A stretch of DNA of 64,000 nt from Planctomycetota bacterium (GTDB lineage Bacteria; Planctomycetota; UBA1135; GCA-002686595): NCBI GenBank assembly GCA_028278425.1, contig JANQEJ010000327.1, positions 16,382-80,381 of the forward strand. Direction: 5' to 3'. Position numbers and translations under genes: made by a program. Below are positions 42,073-50,997 of this stretch, one piece after another. Positions within the stretch are counted from its first letter, which is position 1. Every line of letters starts with the position of its first letter. Under the pieces are notes generated by a model. The model made no database searches, was not told the DNA's origin, and saw nothing but the letters and a program-made list of their open reading frames with translations.

Positions 42073-42654
42073 CTACTCGTGCTCGGTGAGCCACGGCGGC
42101 AGCCCAGGCGCGAGGACGACATCGGTGAAGGTGGTGGGGACTTCGATCCATCGAAGGCCGTCACCGTCGGTGGTGGTGGGCAGGTTGTGCTCGGGGTCGC
42201 CGTCTTGCACCCGCGTGTAGAGGACTGCGGGATCGCCTGGACGCGACTCGGACGGGATGGCCTCGAGCGCTGCTGCCAGGCTCGGGTACTCGCGGGAGTT
42301 GACGGACCACCGACGCCTGCGCGTCACTTTCTTGGCCGACGGCAGAGCGGCGAGGGTAGAAGCGAGCCACTCGAAGGAGTACGTCGACTCCGCGTTCGGG
42401 TCCCGCGATTTGAGCACCGCCGTTGCTGCCTCCGCCACGGCCTCGAGCTCGGCGATGCGGGCGAGGGCTCGGTCTACCGCCTCCTCTAGACTGGCCGGAC
42501 CGTCGGCGCCCACTGCAGCCACAAGCCGCTGTGCCGAGGGGCGCCTACCCTCGCGCCGCACTTTCCGCAGCACCGCAACCAGTTCTGACTCGAACTCTGC
42601 TGCGACCGCCTCCTCCTGCACCAGAGCGGCGACGATGTACTCGACGCGCACCAC
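42073..42654 (-). CDS. hypothetical protein
   Basis: 193-aa ORF. Confidence 0.5.
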   Translation of the reverse strand: MVRVEYIVAALVQEEAVAAEFESELVAVLRKVRREGRRPSAQRLVAAVGADGPASLEEAVDRALARIAELEAVAEAATAVLKSRDPNAESTYSFEWLASTLAALPSAKKVTRRRRWSVNSREYPSLAAALEAIPSESRPGDPAVLYTRVQDGDPEHNLPTTTDGDGLRWIEVPTTFTDVVLAPGLPPWLTEHE

Positions 42655-42656
42655 CG

Positions 42657-43004
42657 CTACTCCTCCTCGTCGTGCGCGGCGTCGTCGTCCTCGGGCGGCA
42701 TGTGCGCGGCGAGCTCCTCGAGCAGGTCGCGCATCCGGGCGACGACCTGGCTCGTGTTGCGCGCGATCGTCGCGACCTGCTCGCCGAGCGCGCGCACCTC
42801 CGAGTCGTCGTGCGAGTGGTCGACGGACCCGTTGCCGATCAGCGTGGCCGCGTTTGCGAGCTCGGCTTGGATGCCGTTGTAGCGCAGCGCGATGCGCTTC
42901 ACCGAGTCAATGTCAGCCGCGAGCATGGCGCGCAGCTCATCAACGGTGATCTCGCCTTCATCGACCAGCACCGTGGATGCGTTGAAATCGCGGGTAGCTG
43001 TCAT
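42657..43004 (-). CDS. hypothetical acidic protein
   Basis: Start MTATRDFNAS at 43004. Confidence 0.5.
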   Translation of the reverse strand: MTATRDFNASTVLVDEGEITVDELRAMLAADIDSVKRIALRYNGIQAELANAATLIGNGSVDHSHDDSEVRALGEQVATIARNTSQVVARMRDLLEELAAHMPPEDDDAAHDEEE

Positions 43005-43021
43005 AGCGTGCAAACTCCCTC

Positions 43022-43050
43022 TTGCTGAATGCCTGCGCATCCGGTAATAC
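43022..43050 (+). promoter_or_regulatory. candidate sigma70-type promoter TTGCTG-N17-TAATAC
   Basis: Located in the only clearly lower-GC stretch of a divergent intergenic region (43005-43112), upstream of the long + strand operon. Confidence 0.35.
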
Positions 43051-43068
43051 CACGAAACGCGAGCCCGA

Positions 43069-43084
43069 GATAACACATCTTATC
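43069..43084. promoter_or_regulatory. operator-like palindrome GATAA-CACATC-TTATC
   Basis: Perfect 5-nt inverted arms between the candidate -10 and the SD (aagga) of the 43113 gene. Confidence 0.3.
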
Positions 43085-43112
43085 GGCCGCAAAAAAACGT
43101 AAGGATTTCGAC

Positions 43113-43577
43113 ATGGCTGATTCCGACTCCAACCCGACCGTCCGCGAGGACATGCACACGATCCTCAGCCTCATCGACGGCGCGCCCGAGGCGGTGGCCG
43201 CGTGGCACCGTGTGGCGGCGGTGCTCGACGGGTCGCCCGACATGACCCCGGCGCCGACGTCCGAGCCGATCCGCAACCTCGAGGTGCTCGTGCCCTCGGA
43301 GACCGTGCGCCAGATCGCCGAGGCGAAGACGAAGGAACACGAGGACAAGGCCGAGTCCTACCAGAAGCAGCGCGACGACATGGAAGCGGCGGGCACGGCG
43401 GACGACGACCCCAATCTCAGCCACGACGTGCTGCGCGACATCAAGCGCCGCATCAATGGCCACCGGGAGCAGGCGACCTTCTTCGGCTTCCTGAGCTCGC
43501 ACATCCCGGCCGGCCGCGTCTACCAGCTCGGCATCGGTGACCTTCGAGTGCTCGGCCTCACGGACCGGCACTTCTGA
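43113..43577 (+). CDS. hypothetical protein
   Basis: 154-aa ORF with SD taagga. Confidence 0.55.
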   Translation: MADSDSNPTVREDMHTILSLIDGAPEAVAAWHRVAAVLDGSPDMTPAPTSEPIRNLEVLVPSETVRQIAEAKTKEHEDKAESYQKQRDDMEAAGTADDDPNLSHDVLRDIKRRINGHREQATFFGFLSSHIPAGRVYQLGIGDLRVLGLTDRHF

Positions 43578-43930
43578 TGGGCGCACCGAGCGACAACGAC
43601 CCCGTGGGTGGTGCGGCGGCCGACCACGCGGCCTCTCAGCTTCTCAAGGAGGAGCGCGATCGGCTCGTCGCCGAGATTCGCGAGATCGATGGCCAGGAGG
43701 AGCAGGTTCTTGCCGGCATCCGGCGCGACAGCGCGCACCCGCGCAACGCGCTCCTCGACCGGCTGATCCGGATCGAGCACGTGATCGCGATGCAGAGCCT
43801 CTCGGGCGCCATCGTCATTGGCGGCGGCTTCGAGATGTTGGGCGGCTATCTCTCCGGCCACGCGAGCAGAAACACCCTCGCCGATCTCCTCGAGAACCTC
43901 AGTTCGAAGAGCGGGAAGAAATCGCGATGA
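43577..43930 (+). CDS. hypothetical protein
   Basis: TGATG-coupled, 117 aa. Confidence 0.5.
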   Translation: MGAPSDNDPVGGAAADHAASQLLKEERDRLVAEIREIDGQEEQVLAGIRRDSAHPRNALLDRLIRIEHVIAMQSLSGAIVIGGGFEMLGGYLSGHASRNTLADLLENLSSKSGKKSR

Positions 43931-44196
43931 CGGCGAAGGCGGAGAGGCAGCCGGGCGCCTCGGCCGATCGGTGGGACATCCGCACCGAGCCCTACACCGG
44001 CGTCAGCTTCAACAAGAAGACGGGCGTCATCAAGAACGTGACCGGAACTCGGATCCGCTACCGGCCGAAGGGCACGCGCGGTCGGTTCCGGGAGTTCACC
44101 GTCGTGGGCAATCTCCCAAGCGCGCCGCTCGCCGACATCGTCAGCAAGTACGAGGACGAGCTGGTCCCCAAGTACAGGAAAGAGATGGGGCGCTAG
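43927..44196 (+). CDS. hypothetical basic protein
   Basis: ATGA-coupled, 89 aa. Confidence 0.45.
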   Translation: MTAKAERQPGASADRWDIRTEPYTGVSFNKKTGVIKNVTGTRIRYRPKGTRGRFREFTVVGNLPSAPLADIVSKYEDELVPKYRKEMGR

Positions 44197-44217
44197 CGGC
44201 GCCGGGAGGAGTGCATC

Positions 44218-45033
44218 GTGTACCAAGTCACGCTCGCCATCATCAAGCCCGACGCTGTGAGGTTGAACGTCGTCGGGGAGATCCTCGCTTTCATCGGCAG
44301 ACCCAAGCGGGCGCGCCGAGGGAGAAGTCGTCACCACCACCTGAACCTGCTCACCAAGCTAGACTCGGCCGCTCGCGAGGGACGCCTGCAACCCATCGCT
44401 ATCCAGATGGCGACCGGCGGCTTCGACTTCTGGGCAACCTTCTACGAGGAACACGCGGGCAAGCCCTTCTTCGACGAGCTCTGCACGTTCATGGCCTCTG
44501 GGCCCAGCGTCTTCGTGGTGTTGGAGGGCGACGACGCGATCAGCGAGTGGCGTGAGCTCATGGGCGCCACCAACCCAGCCGAGGCCGCGGAGGGAACGCT
44601 GCGCCGGCTGTACGGAACGAGGGGTCCAGCGAACGCGGTGCACGGATCCGCCAGCCAAGCGGATGCGGAACGCGAGCTGAATCTGGTGGAGCGGCTGCTC
44701 TCCTACGGGTCCCTGCGCGATCAGCACGAGGCACTCGGGCGCGAACTCGATCAACTGCGGACCAACGTGGGCAGCACCGTGGAGCGAATGGTCGTGATCT
44801 GCGAGCGCTGGGAGACCGACTCTCGCTACGCGCTCTGGGAGGCAGCGCGCCACCTTCAGCGATTGCTGGATGCAGGCTCAGAGCGTGCTCCCCGTGCGCT
44901 CGCCCACCCGACCACGCAGGAGCTCCTCCGGACAGTGCTGGAGTGGTCGGAGAACGACAACCCGGCCGCCCCGGAGATCATCGAGGCGCTCGGACCGTGG
45001 GTCGAAGCGGGGTGCCCGGGGCTCGAGCGATGA
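44218..45033 (+). CDS. ndk: nucleoside diphosphate kinase with internal insertion and ~115-aa C-terminal extension
   Basis: TLAIIKPDAV, FYEEHAGKPFFDELCTFMASGPSVFVVLEG, LMGATNPAEAAEGTLRRLYG, NAVHGSAS. Confidence 0.8.
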   Translation: MYQVTLAIIKPDAVRLNVVGEILAFIGRPKRARRGRSRHHHLNLLTKLDSAAREGRLQPIAIQMATGGFDFWATFYEEHAGKPFFDELCTFMASGPSVFVVLEGDDAISEWRELMGATNPAEAAEGTLRRLYGTRGPANAVHGSASQADAERELNLVERLLSYGSLRDQHEALGRELDQLRTNVGSTVERMVVICERWETDSRYALWEAARHLQRLLDAGSERAPRALAHPTTQELLRTVLEWSENDNPAAPEIIEALGPWVEAGCPGLER

Positions 45034-45284
45034 AGGGCATCGAGGTGATCGCGGTGGTGGTGCGGTTCCTGGTCGTCGTGGCCATCGCTGTCCTCTCGTG
45101 GGTCTTCGCGCTGCGGGCCGTCCTGCAGTCGAGTTACGGGCCGGCGGTGCTCCTCTGCTTCATGGGGGCCGTCGCGACGGTCATGGTTGCGATCTTCGTG
45201 TGGCAGCCGCTACGCGATTCCTGGCGCAGATGGCAAGCGCGTCGCGTTGCGCGGCGAGGGCGAGAAGAGGAGGAAGAACGATGA
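45030..45284 (+). CDS. small membrane protein
   Basis: ATGA-coupled; three hydrophobic segments. Confidence 0.5.
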   Translation: MKGIEVIAVVVRFLVVVAIAVLSWVFALRAVLQSSYGPAVLLCFMGAVATVMVAIFVWQPLRDSWRRWQARRVARRGREEEEER

Positions 45285-45814
45285 AGGCTTGGGGAAAGAA
45301 GTACCGCGAGATGGCGCGCGACGAGGACAAGGTCCTGATCAAGCTCGCCCTCAACCTCAACGAGGTCCCCGGCGGTGGAGGACCGAAGTCGCGCGCCGCG
45401 ATGAGGCTCGGCGTCGCCGAGTACGTGGGCGTGATCGACCCCGACAAGGCCGCGCTCATCGGGGACATCGTCATGCTGGGCAAGAACCCGGGCGCCGCGA
45501 TCAAGCGCATGTCGAGCTGGGTGCGCTGGGCCCACGCGACGCTGCGTCGCTTCGGGCTCGACGACGAGGCGCAGGCCGTGCGTCCGATGATCGAGGCCGG
45601 CGACTTCGAGCCGGATGAGCGGGGCGCCCAACCCAACCCCTCCATCGCGGCGGCGATCCAGGAGAACGAGAAGGCCACGAAGGACGCGCTCGCGGCCGAC
45701 ATCGAGCACGTCCGCGAGTTCGTGTCCTCGTCGATGCATGCCGAGGACACCCTCGTGCACGAGAAGGCCGGCGACGCGCTCTGTGCGCTGGAGCGCATCC
45801 AGGCTGCGCTGTGA
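45281..45814 (+). CDS. hypothetical protein
   Basis: ATGA-coupled, 177 aa. Confidence 0.5.
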   Translation: MKAWGKKYREMARDEDKVLIKLALNLNEVPGGGGPKSRAAMRLGVAEYVGVIDPDKAALIGDIVMLGKNPGAAIKRMSSWVRWAHATLRRFGLDDEAQAVRPMIEAGDFEPDERGAQPNPSIAAAIQENEKATKDALAADIEHVREFVSSSMHAEDTLVHEKAGDALCALERIQAAL

Positions 45815-46059
45815 CCCGCAGCGTTCACGACGATCTCGAGCGGGAGCGCCAACGGCAACGGCGCACACGGGAGATCCAAGACAAGGCGGCTGAGAGCGCG
45901 AAACGCTGTCTGGAGGAGCTTGACCCTCGTGGGCTGCTTGCTTCGATGCAGAGCTTGGACCTCCACTACGTGCCGAAGTCGTTGCGCAAGGCGCTTTACG
46001 AACACGTGGCCGACGTGTTCAGCTTCGCTGCGCGGCGTCTCGATCGGGATGACCCGTGA
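45811..46059 (+). CDS. hypothetical protein
   Basis: GTGA-coupled, 82 aa. Confidence 0.45.
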   Translation: MTRSVHDDLERERQRQRRTREIQDKAAESAKRCLEELDPRGLLASMQSLDLHYVPKSLRKALYEHVADVFSFAARRLDRDDP

Positions 46060-46382
46060 AGCCCATCGATCATCCCGTGGGCGGCCTGGTCGCACCCGCC
46101 GCCGAGCTTGGTGTCTACCAGGTGCAGGAGGACGGGTTCTCGGTGTGGCACTGGGTGATCGCGTCGAGCGAGGAGGACGCGCGCGCCGTGTGGGAAGAGC
46201 AGCAGCGCGACTACGGGCTCGATGAGGCACAGATCGCCGAGCGCACCGTGACGGCGAAGCGGCTCTCCCCCTCGGCCGCGGCCGCGGTCGAGTACGTTGG
46301 GCACGCCGACGAGCCCAAGGACATGTGGGCCCAGTTCTGCCGCGACCCGTCCCGGCGGCACGTGGCCTGCTCCGAATACTGA
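46056..46382 (+). CDS. hypothetical protein
   Basis: GTGA-coupled, 108 aa. Confidence 0.45.
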   Translation: MKPIDHPVGGLVAPAAELGVYQVQEDGFSVWHWVIASSEEDARAVWEEQQRDYGLDEAQIAERTVTAKRLSPSAAAAVEYVGHADEPKDMWAQFCRDPSRRHVACSEY

Positions 46383-46390
46383 GGAGACCG

Positions 46391-46693
46391 ATGCATCAGG
46401 AAGACGACATGAGAGACCTGGCGGCCGCGCTCGACGAGGATGACGAGCTGAGCAGCGACTTCGCCGACGTGCACCCGAACGCTGCGCACAACGCGCTCGT
46501 GGATCAGGTCGAGGCCGCCATCACCAAGAGCCTGGGGCAGATGACGCAGGGCACCCAGGCCAACAGCCCGCAGCTCGACCGGCTCGTCCGGATCCGCACG
46601 ATGCGGGCTCTCGAGCGCATCGCCGCCGCCGTCGAAGGGATCCGACGGTTCGAACCGTTCGGCGGGGCCGTTGAGCGTCCGGAGGAGGCATGA
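46391..46693 (+). CDS. hypothetical acidic protein
   Basis: ATG 46391 preceded by gaggag. Confidence 0.5.
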   Translation: MHQEDDMRDLAAALDEDDELSSDFADVHPNAAHNALVDQVEAAITKSLGQMTQGTQANSPQLDRLVRIRTMRALERIAAAVEGIRRFEPFGGAVERPEEA

Positions 46694-46863
46694 GCAAGCG
46701 CTACCGGCTCTTCGTGACGCTGGATCTCGGCGAGATGGAGGTTCCGGCGCGCGATGAGAGCCACGCCCGGGAGCATCTCACGGGCTTCATCAAAGAAGAG
46801 GTGTCGCGTCGTCTCGACGAGTTCGTCGACTGGGACGCGATCGAGGAGGTCACGGATGGTTGA
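46690..46863 (+). CDS. small hypothetical protein (57 aa)
   Basis: ATGA-coupled; MSKRYRLFVTLDLGEMEV...; below the ORF-track cutoff. Confidence 0.35.
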   Translation: MSKRYRLFVTLDLGEMEVPARDESHAREHLTGFIKEEVSRRLDEFVDWDAIEEVTDG

Positions 46864-47185
46864 ACCGGCAGAGGAGGAGCGCGCCGAGGGCATGATGAAG
46901 GCCGCCGGCCTCGTGCGACGCATCCAGTCGCAGTACGAGGAGCAAGCCGCCCAGGCGGGAAGCGGATCGGAGCGGACCCACTACGAGTCCTGCGCTGGCG
47001 TGGCATCGCAGTGCATCAGCGCGATCGAGCGCGGCGTCGCGGGGGGCGCCCACCACGGGCCCAGCGCGCGCATTCAGATCGAGCAGCTCGCCGCGCACTT
47101 GATGACCAACCACGCCGGAGAGGTGCGTCCCGGCGAGAGCGTGGTGGACGCCGCGATCCGGCTGCTTGCGTCGAAGGCGGGGTGA
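46856..47185 (+). CDS. hypothetical protein
   Basis: In-frame ATG 46856, 109 aa. Confidence 0.45.
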   Translation: MVEPAEEERAEGMMKAAGLVRRIQSQYEEQAAQAGSGSERTHYESCAGVASQCISAIERGVAGGAHHGPSARIQIEQLAAHLMTNHAGEVRPGESVVDAAIRLLASKAG

Positions 47186-47508
47186 CGGTGGCCGAGGAGC
47201 AGGAAGACGCCGCGGCGGCGCCCGGGATCCTCGACGACCTGTGCGCCCTGTTCGGTCGCTCGGAGTTCGAGGGCTACACGAAACCGCGCGAGCGCTGGCT
47301 GCATCTCGCCAACCTCGTACGCGAGCAGCACCGCGAGCTGAGGCGCATCGAGAACCGCAACCAGCAGCTCGAGCTTCGCATCGAGTCGCTGAAGGCCGTC
47401 GCCGACGGGGCGCTGACGATCGATCACCTCGGTGAGATCGTCGAGCTCAAGGGGCGCGTCGCCGAGTTGCAGAACCAGCTCGCTCGCGGGAGTACCGAGG
47501 AAGAATAG
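47182..47508 (+). CDS. hypothetical coiled-coil protein
   Basis: GTGA-coupled; heptad-like RELRRIENRNQQLELRIESLK. Confidence 0.45.
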   Translation: MTVAEEQEDAAAAPGILDDLCALFGRSEFEGYTKPRERWLHLANLVREQHRELRRIENRNQQLELRIESLKAVADGALTIDHLGEIVELKGRVAELQNQLARGSTEEE

Positions 47509-47510
47509 GC

Positions 47511-47543
47511 GCGGCCCCCAGGCCGCGAAATCCTGGGGGCCGC
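47511..47543 (+). terminator. perfect 12-bp GC hairpin immediately after a stop codon (terminator-like, no U tract)
   Basis: gcggcccccagg-ccgcgaaat-cctgggggccgc, starting 3 nt after TAG 47506-47508. Confidence 0.45.
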
Positions 47544-47614
47544 TGGAGCTATGACACGGACCGAAACCGGTCCCCGCACGAAGCGTAGCGCGGGCCGGCC
47601 GAGAGGAGCAAGAC

Positions 47615-48232
47615 ATGGTCAAAGCAACCTGGCGTCAGCCCCCTCCTTTGATTCCGCTGGAGACAGGCGCTCGCACGTCCGACGACGTCCTCGCCATCCA
47701 CCTCACGTTCAATGCGGGAGGGTGGGCGACTTTCTACATCGACGACGCGCGCGGCACGCTCGCGGTCGTGAGCGACTGGGGCTCCTGGTCGCATCGCTGG
47801 GGGCGCGGGCCGTGGCTGGCCGTGGAGCCCCCGTGCCTGTCGCGCGCCCTCGCCGAGAACTTCGGGAAGGACGTTCACTACGTCGCCAAGAAGCTCTGCT
47901 ACGGCGTCAACGACGAGTACGACGCGAGGGCCACCCGGGTGGAAGTCCTGAGCCACATCCTCCAGCGACGTCGCGAGGGGACACTGACTCAGAGCCAAGC
48001 ACGTGAGGCGTGGGACTACGCCGAGCTGATCGAGTGGGAGCACGGGCCCTATGTGGTCGCCGAGGAGCTCAACAGCGCCACGATGGTCGACGTGATGGGC
48101 TGCGAATACTACGAGTTCATCGAGTACACGCCGCCCACCAGCTACTTCGTGCTGCGCGAGCAGCTCCTGCCTCGGTTCCACGAGGCGCTGCAGCTCCACT
48201 TCGCCGAGAGCGAGAAGGCGGCGGCCTCGTGA
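47615..48232 (+). CDS. hypothetical protein
   Basis: 205-aa ORF with SD gaggag. Confidence 0.55.
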   Translation: MVKATWRQPPPLIPLETGARTSDDVLAIHLTFNAGGWATFYIDDARGTLAVVSDWGSWSHRWGRGPWLAVEPPCLSRALAENFGKDVHYVAKKLCYGVNDEYDARATRVEVLSHILQRRREGTLTQSQAREAWDYAELIEWEHGPYVVAEELNSATMVDVMGCEYYEFIEYTPPTSYFVLREQLLPRFHEALQLHFAESEKAAAS

Positions 48233-48534
48233 CGACGATGACCGCCGATGGTGCGCGCCTGGCACGGCGCGAGCTCCTCAACGAGCTGCGTGCGCTCGCC
48301 GAGCAGCAGACCGAGGCGCAGCGGCGCCTGGAGCGGCTGGCGAAGCGCCTGCACGAAACCGGACAAGCGCCGCTCACCGAAAGCACCGCAGTCGCAAAGG
48401 CGCACCACGTCGCAGACATGCAGTGCACCTCCCAGCACGTCAGCGACGCCTACCGCTACCTCGTCTACGTGAACAAGTACCTGTCCCGCGCCGTCAGCGC
48501 GGTGGACCCGGGTAGCCCCGCGAGCAACGCATGA
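48229..48534 (+). CDS. hypothetical protein
   Basis: GTGA-coupled (alternative ATG 48238). Confidence 0.45.
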   Translation: MTTMTADGARLARRELLNELRALAEQQTEAQRRLERLAKRLHETGQAPLTESTAVAKAHHVADMQCTSQHVSDAYRYLVYVNKYLSRAVSAVDPGSPASNA

Positions 48535-50255
48535 CGGCCACCCTCAAGCTCGGGCCCGGTCTCCGGCTCCCCTTGGACGCGGTGACGCAGACCGTCGCGT
48601 TCCTGGCGCGCAAGGGCGCCGGCAAGTCCTACGCGGCCGGCGTGCTCGTCGAGGAGCTCCACGCTGCCGGCGCTCAGGTCGTCGTGTTGGATCCGGTGGG
48701 GATCTGGTACGGCCTGCGGCTCGACGCTCGCGGCAAGCCGGGCGGCCTGGACATCCCGCTCTTCGGCGGCGACCGCGGGGACGTGCCGCTGTCGCCCGAT
48801 GGGGGCGCCCTGATCGCTGACGTGGTCGTCGACCACAACACGAGTGCGATCCTCGACGTGAGCCCCTTTCGGAAGAAGGGACGCAAGCGCTTCGTCGAGG
48901 CGTTCGCCGAGCAGCTCTTCCAGCGCAAGAAGTCCTCGCGCACGCCGCTGCACCTGGTGTTCGAGGAGGCGCAGATGTTCGCGCCGCAGCGGCCCGGCCG
49001 CGGAGACGAGCGCATGCTGGGCGCGGTCGAGGACATCGTCCGGCTGGGTCGAAACTACGGCATCGGCGCGACGCTGATCAGCCAGCGCCCACAGAGCGTG
49101 AACAAGGAGGTCCTCAACCAGGTGGAGGCGCTGTTCGTGCTCCAGCTCAACGGGCCTCACGAGCGCAAGGCGATCGAGGCCTGGGTAGTCGAGAAGGGGA
49201 TCGACGTCGGCGAGATGGTGGACGAGCTACCCTCGCTCCCCGTGGGCCACGGCTACCTGTGGTCCCCGCAGTGGCTGGGCGTCCTGAAGCGCGTCCGGAT
49301 CCGGAAGAAGCGGACCTTTGACGCGAGCGCGACACCGAAGTTGGGCGCCCGGGTCGTGACGCCGGCCAAGCTGGGCGCGATCGAGATCGAGAAGCTGCGC
49401 AAGGCGATGGGCGCGGCCACGAAGCGCGCGGAGGAGAACGATCCGAAGGCGCTCCGCAAGAGGATCGCGCAGCTCGAGCGCGAGCTCGCCAAGAAGGGGG
49501 GCACGAAGGTCGAGCGTGTGGAGGTGTCGGTGCTCACCGACGAGGACCGCGAGCTTCTGGGCAATGGGATGAAGCTGACTCGGGCCGCGATCGAGGGTCT
49601 AGAGAAGGAGCTCGCTGCCTTGGCTCCTAAGCTGGATCTCGTGCCGACGGCGCCGCGACGGCGGCGAACACAGGCACCGTCGCCTGTCGCCCGATGGGGG
49701 ACCCCGCGCGCGCCGCGTACGTCGTCGCCCGCGGCGTCGCCGCCGCCGGACGTACGGCTGAAGCGCGGTGCGCGAAACATGCTTCGCGCGCTCGCGAGCA
49801 TGGGAGCGCCGTTGACGCGCCCCCAGATCGCCACGCTCGCCGGCCTCTCCCCTCGGTCGGGGACGTTCAGCAACTACCTCGGCGACCTGCGCAGGGGTGG
49901 CTTCATCGCGGAAGGAGCTGACGGGAAGGCGCAGATCACGGAGACGGGGATAGAGTCCCTCGGCGGCGACTACGGCGAGCCTCCCGCGTCCACCGAAGCG
50001 CTCGCGGCGCTCTGGAAGTCGAAGCTCAAGGCGGGCGAGCGGCGGATGCTCGACCATCTGCTCGACATCTACCCGGAGTGGACGAGCCGCGCCGACCTGG
50101 CTGAGGCCGTGGAGATGTCCGACCGCTCCGGGACCTTCTCGAACTACCTCGGCACCCTCCGCCGCAACGGTCTGATCGAAGAGACCAATGACCTGCGTCG
50201 TGGCGCCGACCTGCGCGCCGGCGAGGCCTTCTTCTTGTCGGCGGCCTCGTCGTGA
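48531..50255 (+). CDS. HerA/DUF87-like P-loop ATPase fused to two C-terminal winged-helix repeats
   Basis: Walker A LARKGAGKSY, Walker B LHLVFEEAQMF, RLGRNYGIGATLISQRPQSV; C-terminal repeats LSPRSGTFSNYLGDLRRGGFI and MSDRSGTFSNYLGTLRRNGLI. Confidence 0.7.
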   Translation: MTATLKLGPGLRLPLDAVTQTVAFLARKGAGKSYAAGVLVEELHAAGAQVVVLDPVGIWYGLRLDARGKPGGLDIPLFGGDRGDVPLSPDGGALIADVVVDHNTSAILDVSPFRKKGRKRFVEAFAEQLFQRKKSSRTPLHLVFEEAQMFAPQRPGRGDERMLGAVEDIVRLGRNYGIGATLISQRPQSVNKEVLNQVEALFVLQLNGPHERKAIEAWVVEKGIDVGEMVDELPSLPVGHGYLWSPQWLGVLKRVRIRKKRTFDASATPKLGARVVTPAKLGAIEIEKLRKAMGAATKRAEENDPKALRKRIAQLERELAKKGGTKVERVEVSVLTDEDRELLGNGMKLTRAAIEGLEKELAALAPKLDLVPTAPRRRRTQAPSPVARWGTPRAPRTSSPAASPPPDVRLKRGARNMLRALASMGAPLTRPQIATLAGLSPRSGTFSNYLGDLRRGGFIAEGADGKAQITETGIESLGGDYGEPPASTEALAALWKSKLKAGERRMLDHLLDIYPEWTSRADLAEAVEMSDRSGTFSNYLGTLRRNGLIEETNDLRRGADLRAGEAFFLSAASS

Positions 50256-50746
50256 GTGGCGGCGAGGACACCGTGCCGATCCGTCCGCCGCAGCGGGGAC
50301 TGTGGTTCGATGTGCCGCGACGCCCTGGTTGGGGCGACGGGCGGATCCACCAGTGCGTCAGCGAGCGCCCACGCGCCGTCACGCACTACGAGCTCGTGTT
50401 CAATGACACTCTCCCCGCGGACGCCCGGCTCCTCCTCAACGTTGTCCTCGTGCACAAGGGCCGGCGCATTCTTCAGATGTGTGCACCGTGGCTCGGTTCG
50501 GGCGAAGTGGCGCTTCACTTGCCGATGATCCTTGAGGGCCGCGTCGAGGTCACGCTCCGCGCGCTCACGCAGCGCGACCCGAGAGGCGAGTGGACTCAGC
50601 CCCCGGATTGGCGTCTTCGCTTCCGCGTCGCCCTCGTGCACGCGAACTGCGCCGAATGCGGCAAGCAGGGGGACCTGTACTTCCGTGTGGTGGACGGCGA
50701 ACCGGACGTGGTGTGTGAGGAGCACCGGCTGGGAGGGACCTCGTGA
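50252..50746 (+). CDS. hypothetical protein
   Basis: GTGA-coupled, 164 aa. Confidence 0.5.
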   Translation: MSGGEDTVPIRPPQRGLWFDVPRRPGWGDGRIHQCVSERPRAVTHYELVFNDTLPADARLLLNVVLVHKGRRILQMCAPWLGSGEVALHLPMILEGRVEVTLRALTQRDPRGEWTQPPDWRLRFRVALVHANCAECGKQGDLYFRVVDGEPDVVCEEHRLGGTS

Positions 50747-50997
50747 GGGTCGCGAAGCTGCCGCCTCGCCTCCGCGAGCAGATCGAGCGGTGGACGGGAT
50801 CGCGCTCAGCCACGCGGCTCACGTTCGAGCCAAACGGAGAGGGCGCGCTCGACATGCGCCTCGATGGGCGTCTGATCGGCCAGATGTGGGTTGAGGGCGA
50901 TGAGCTGCACATCAGCCCCGTGAAGCGCGTGGCGATCAGCAAGGGCGAGCTCCGCAACCTCATCGACGAGGCCATCGGAGGGATCTTCGATGGCTGA
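50743..50997 (+). CDS. hypothetical protein
   Basis: GTGA-coupled, 84 aa. Confidence 0.45.
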   Translation: MRVAKLPPRLREQIERWTGSRSATRLTFEPNGEGALDMRLDGRLIGQMWVEGDELHISPVKRVAISKGELRNLIDEAIGGIFDG

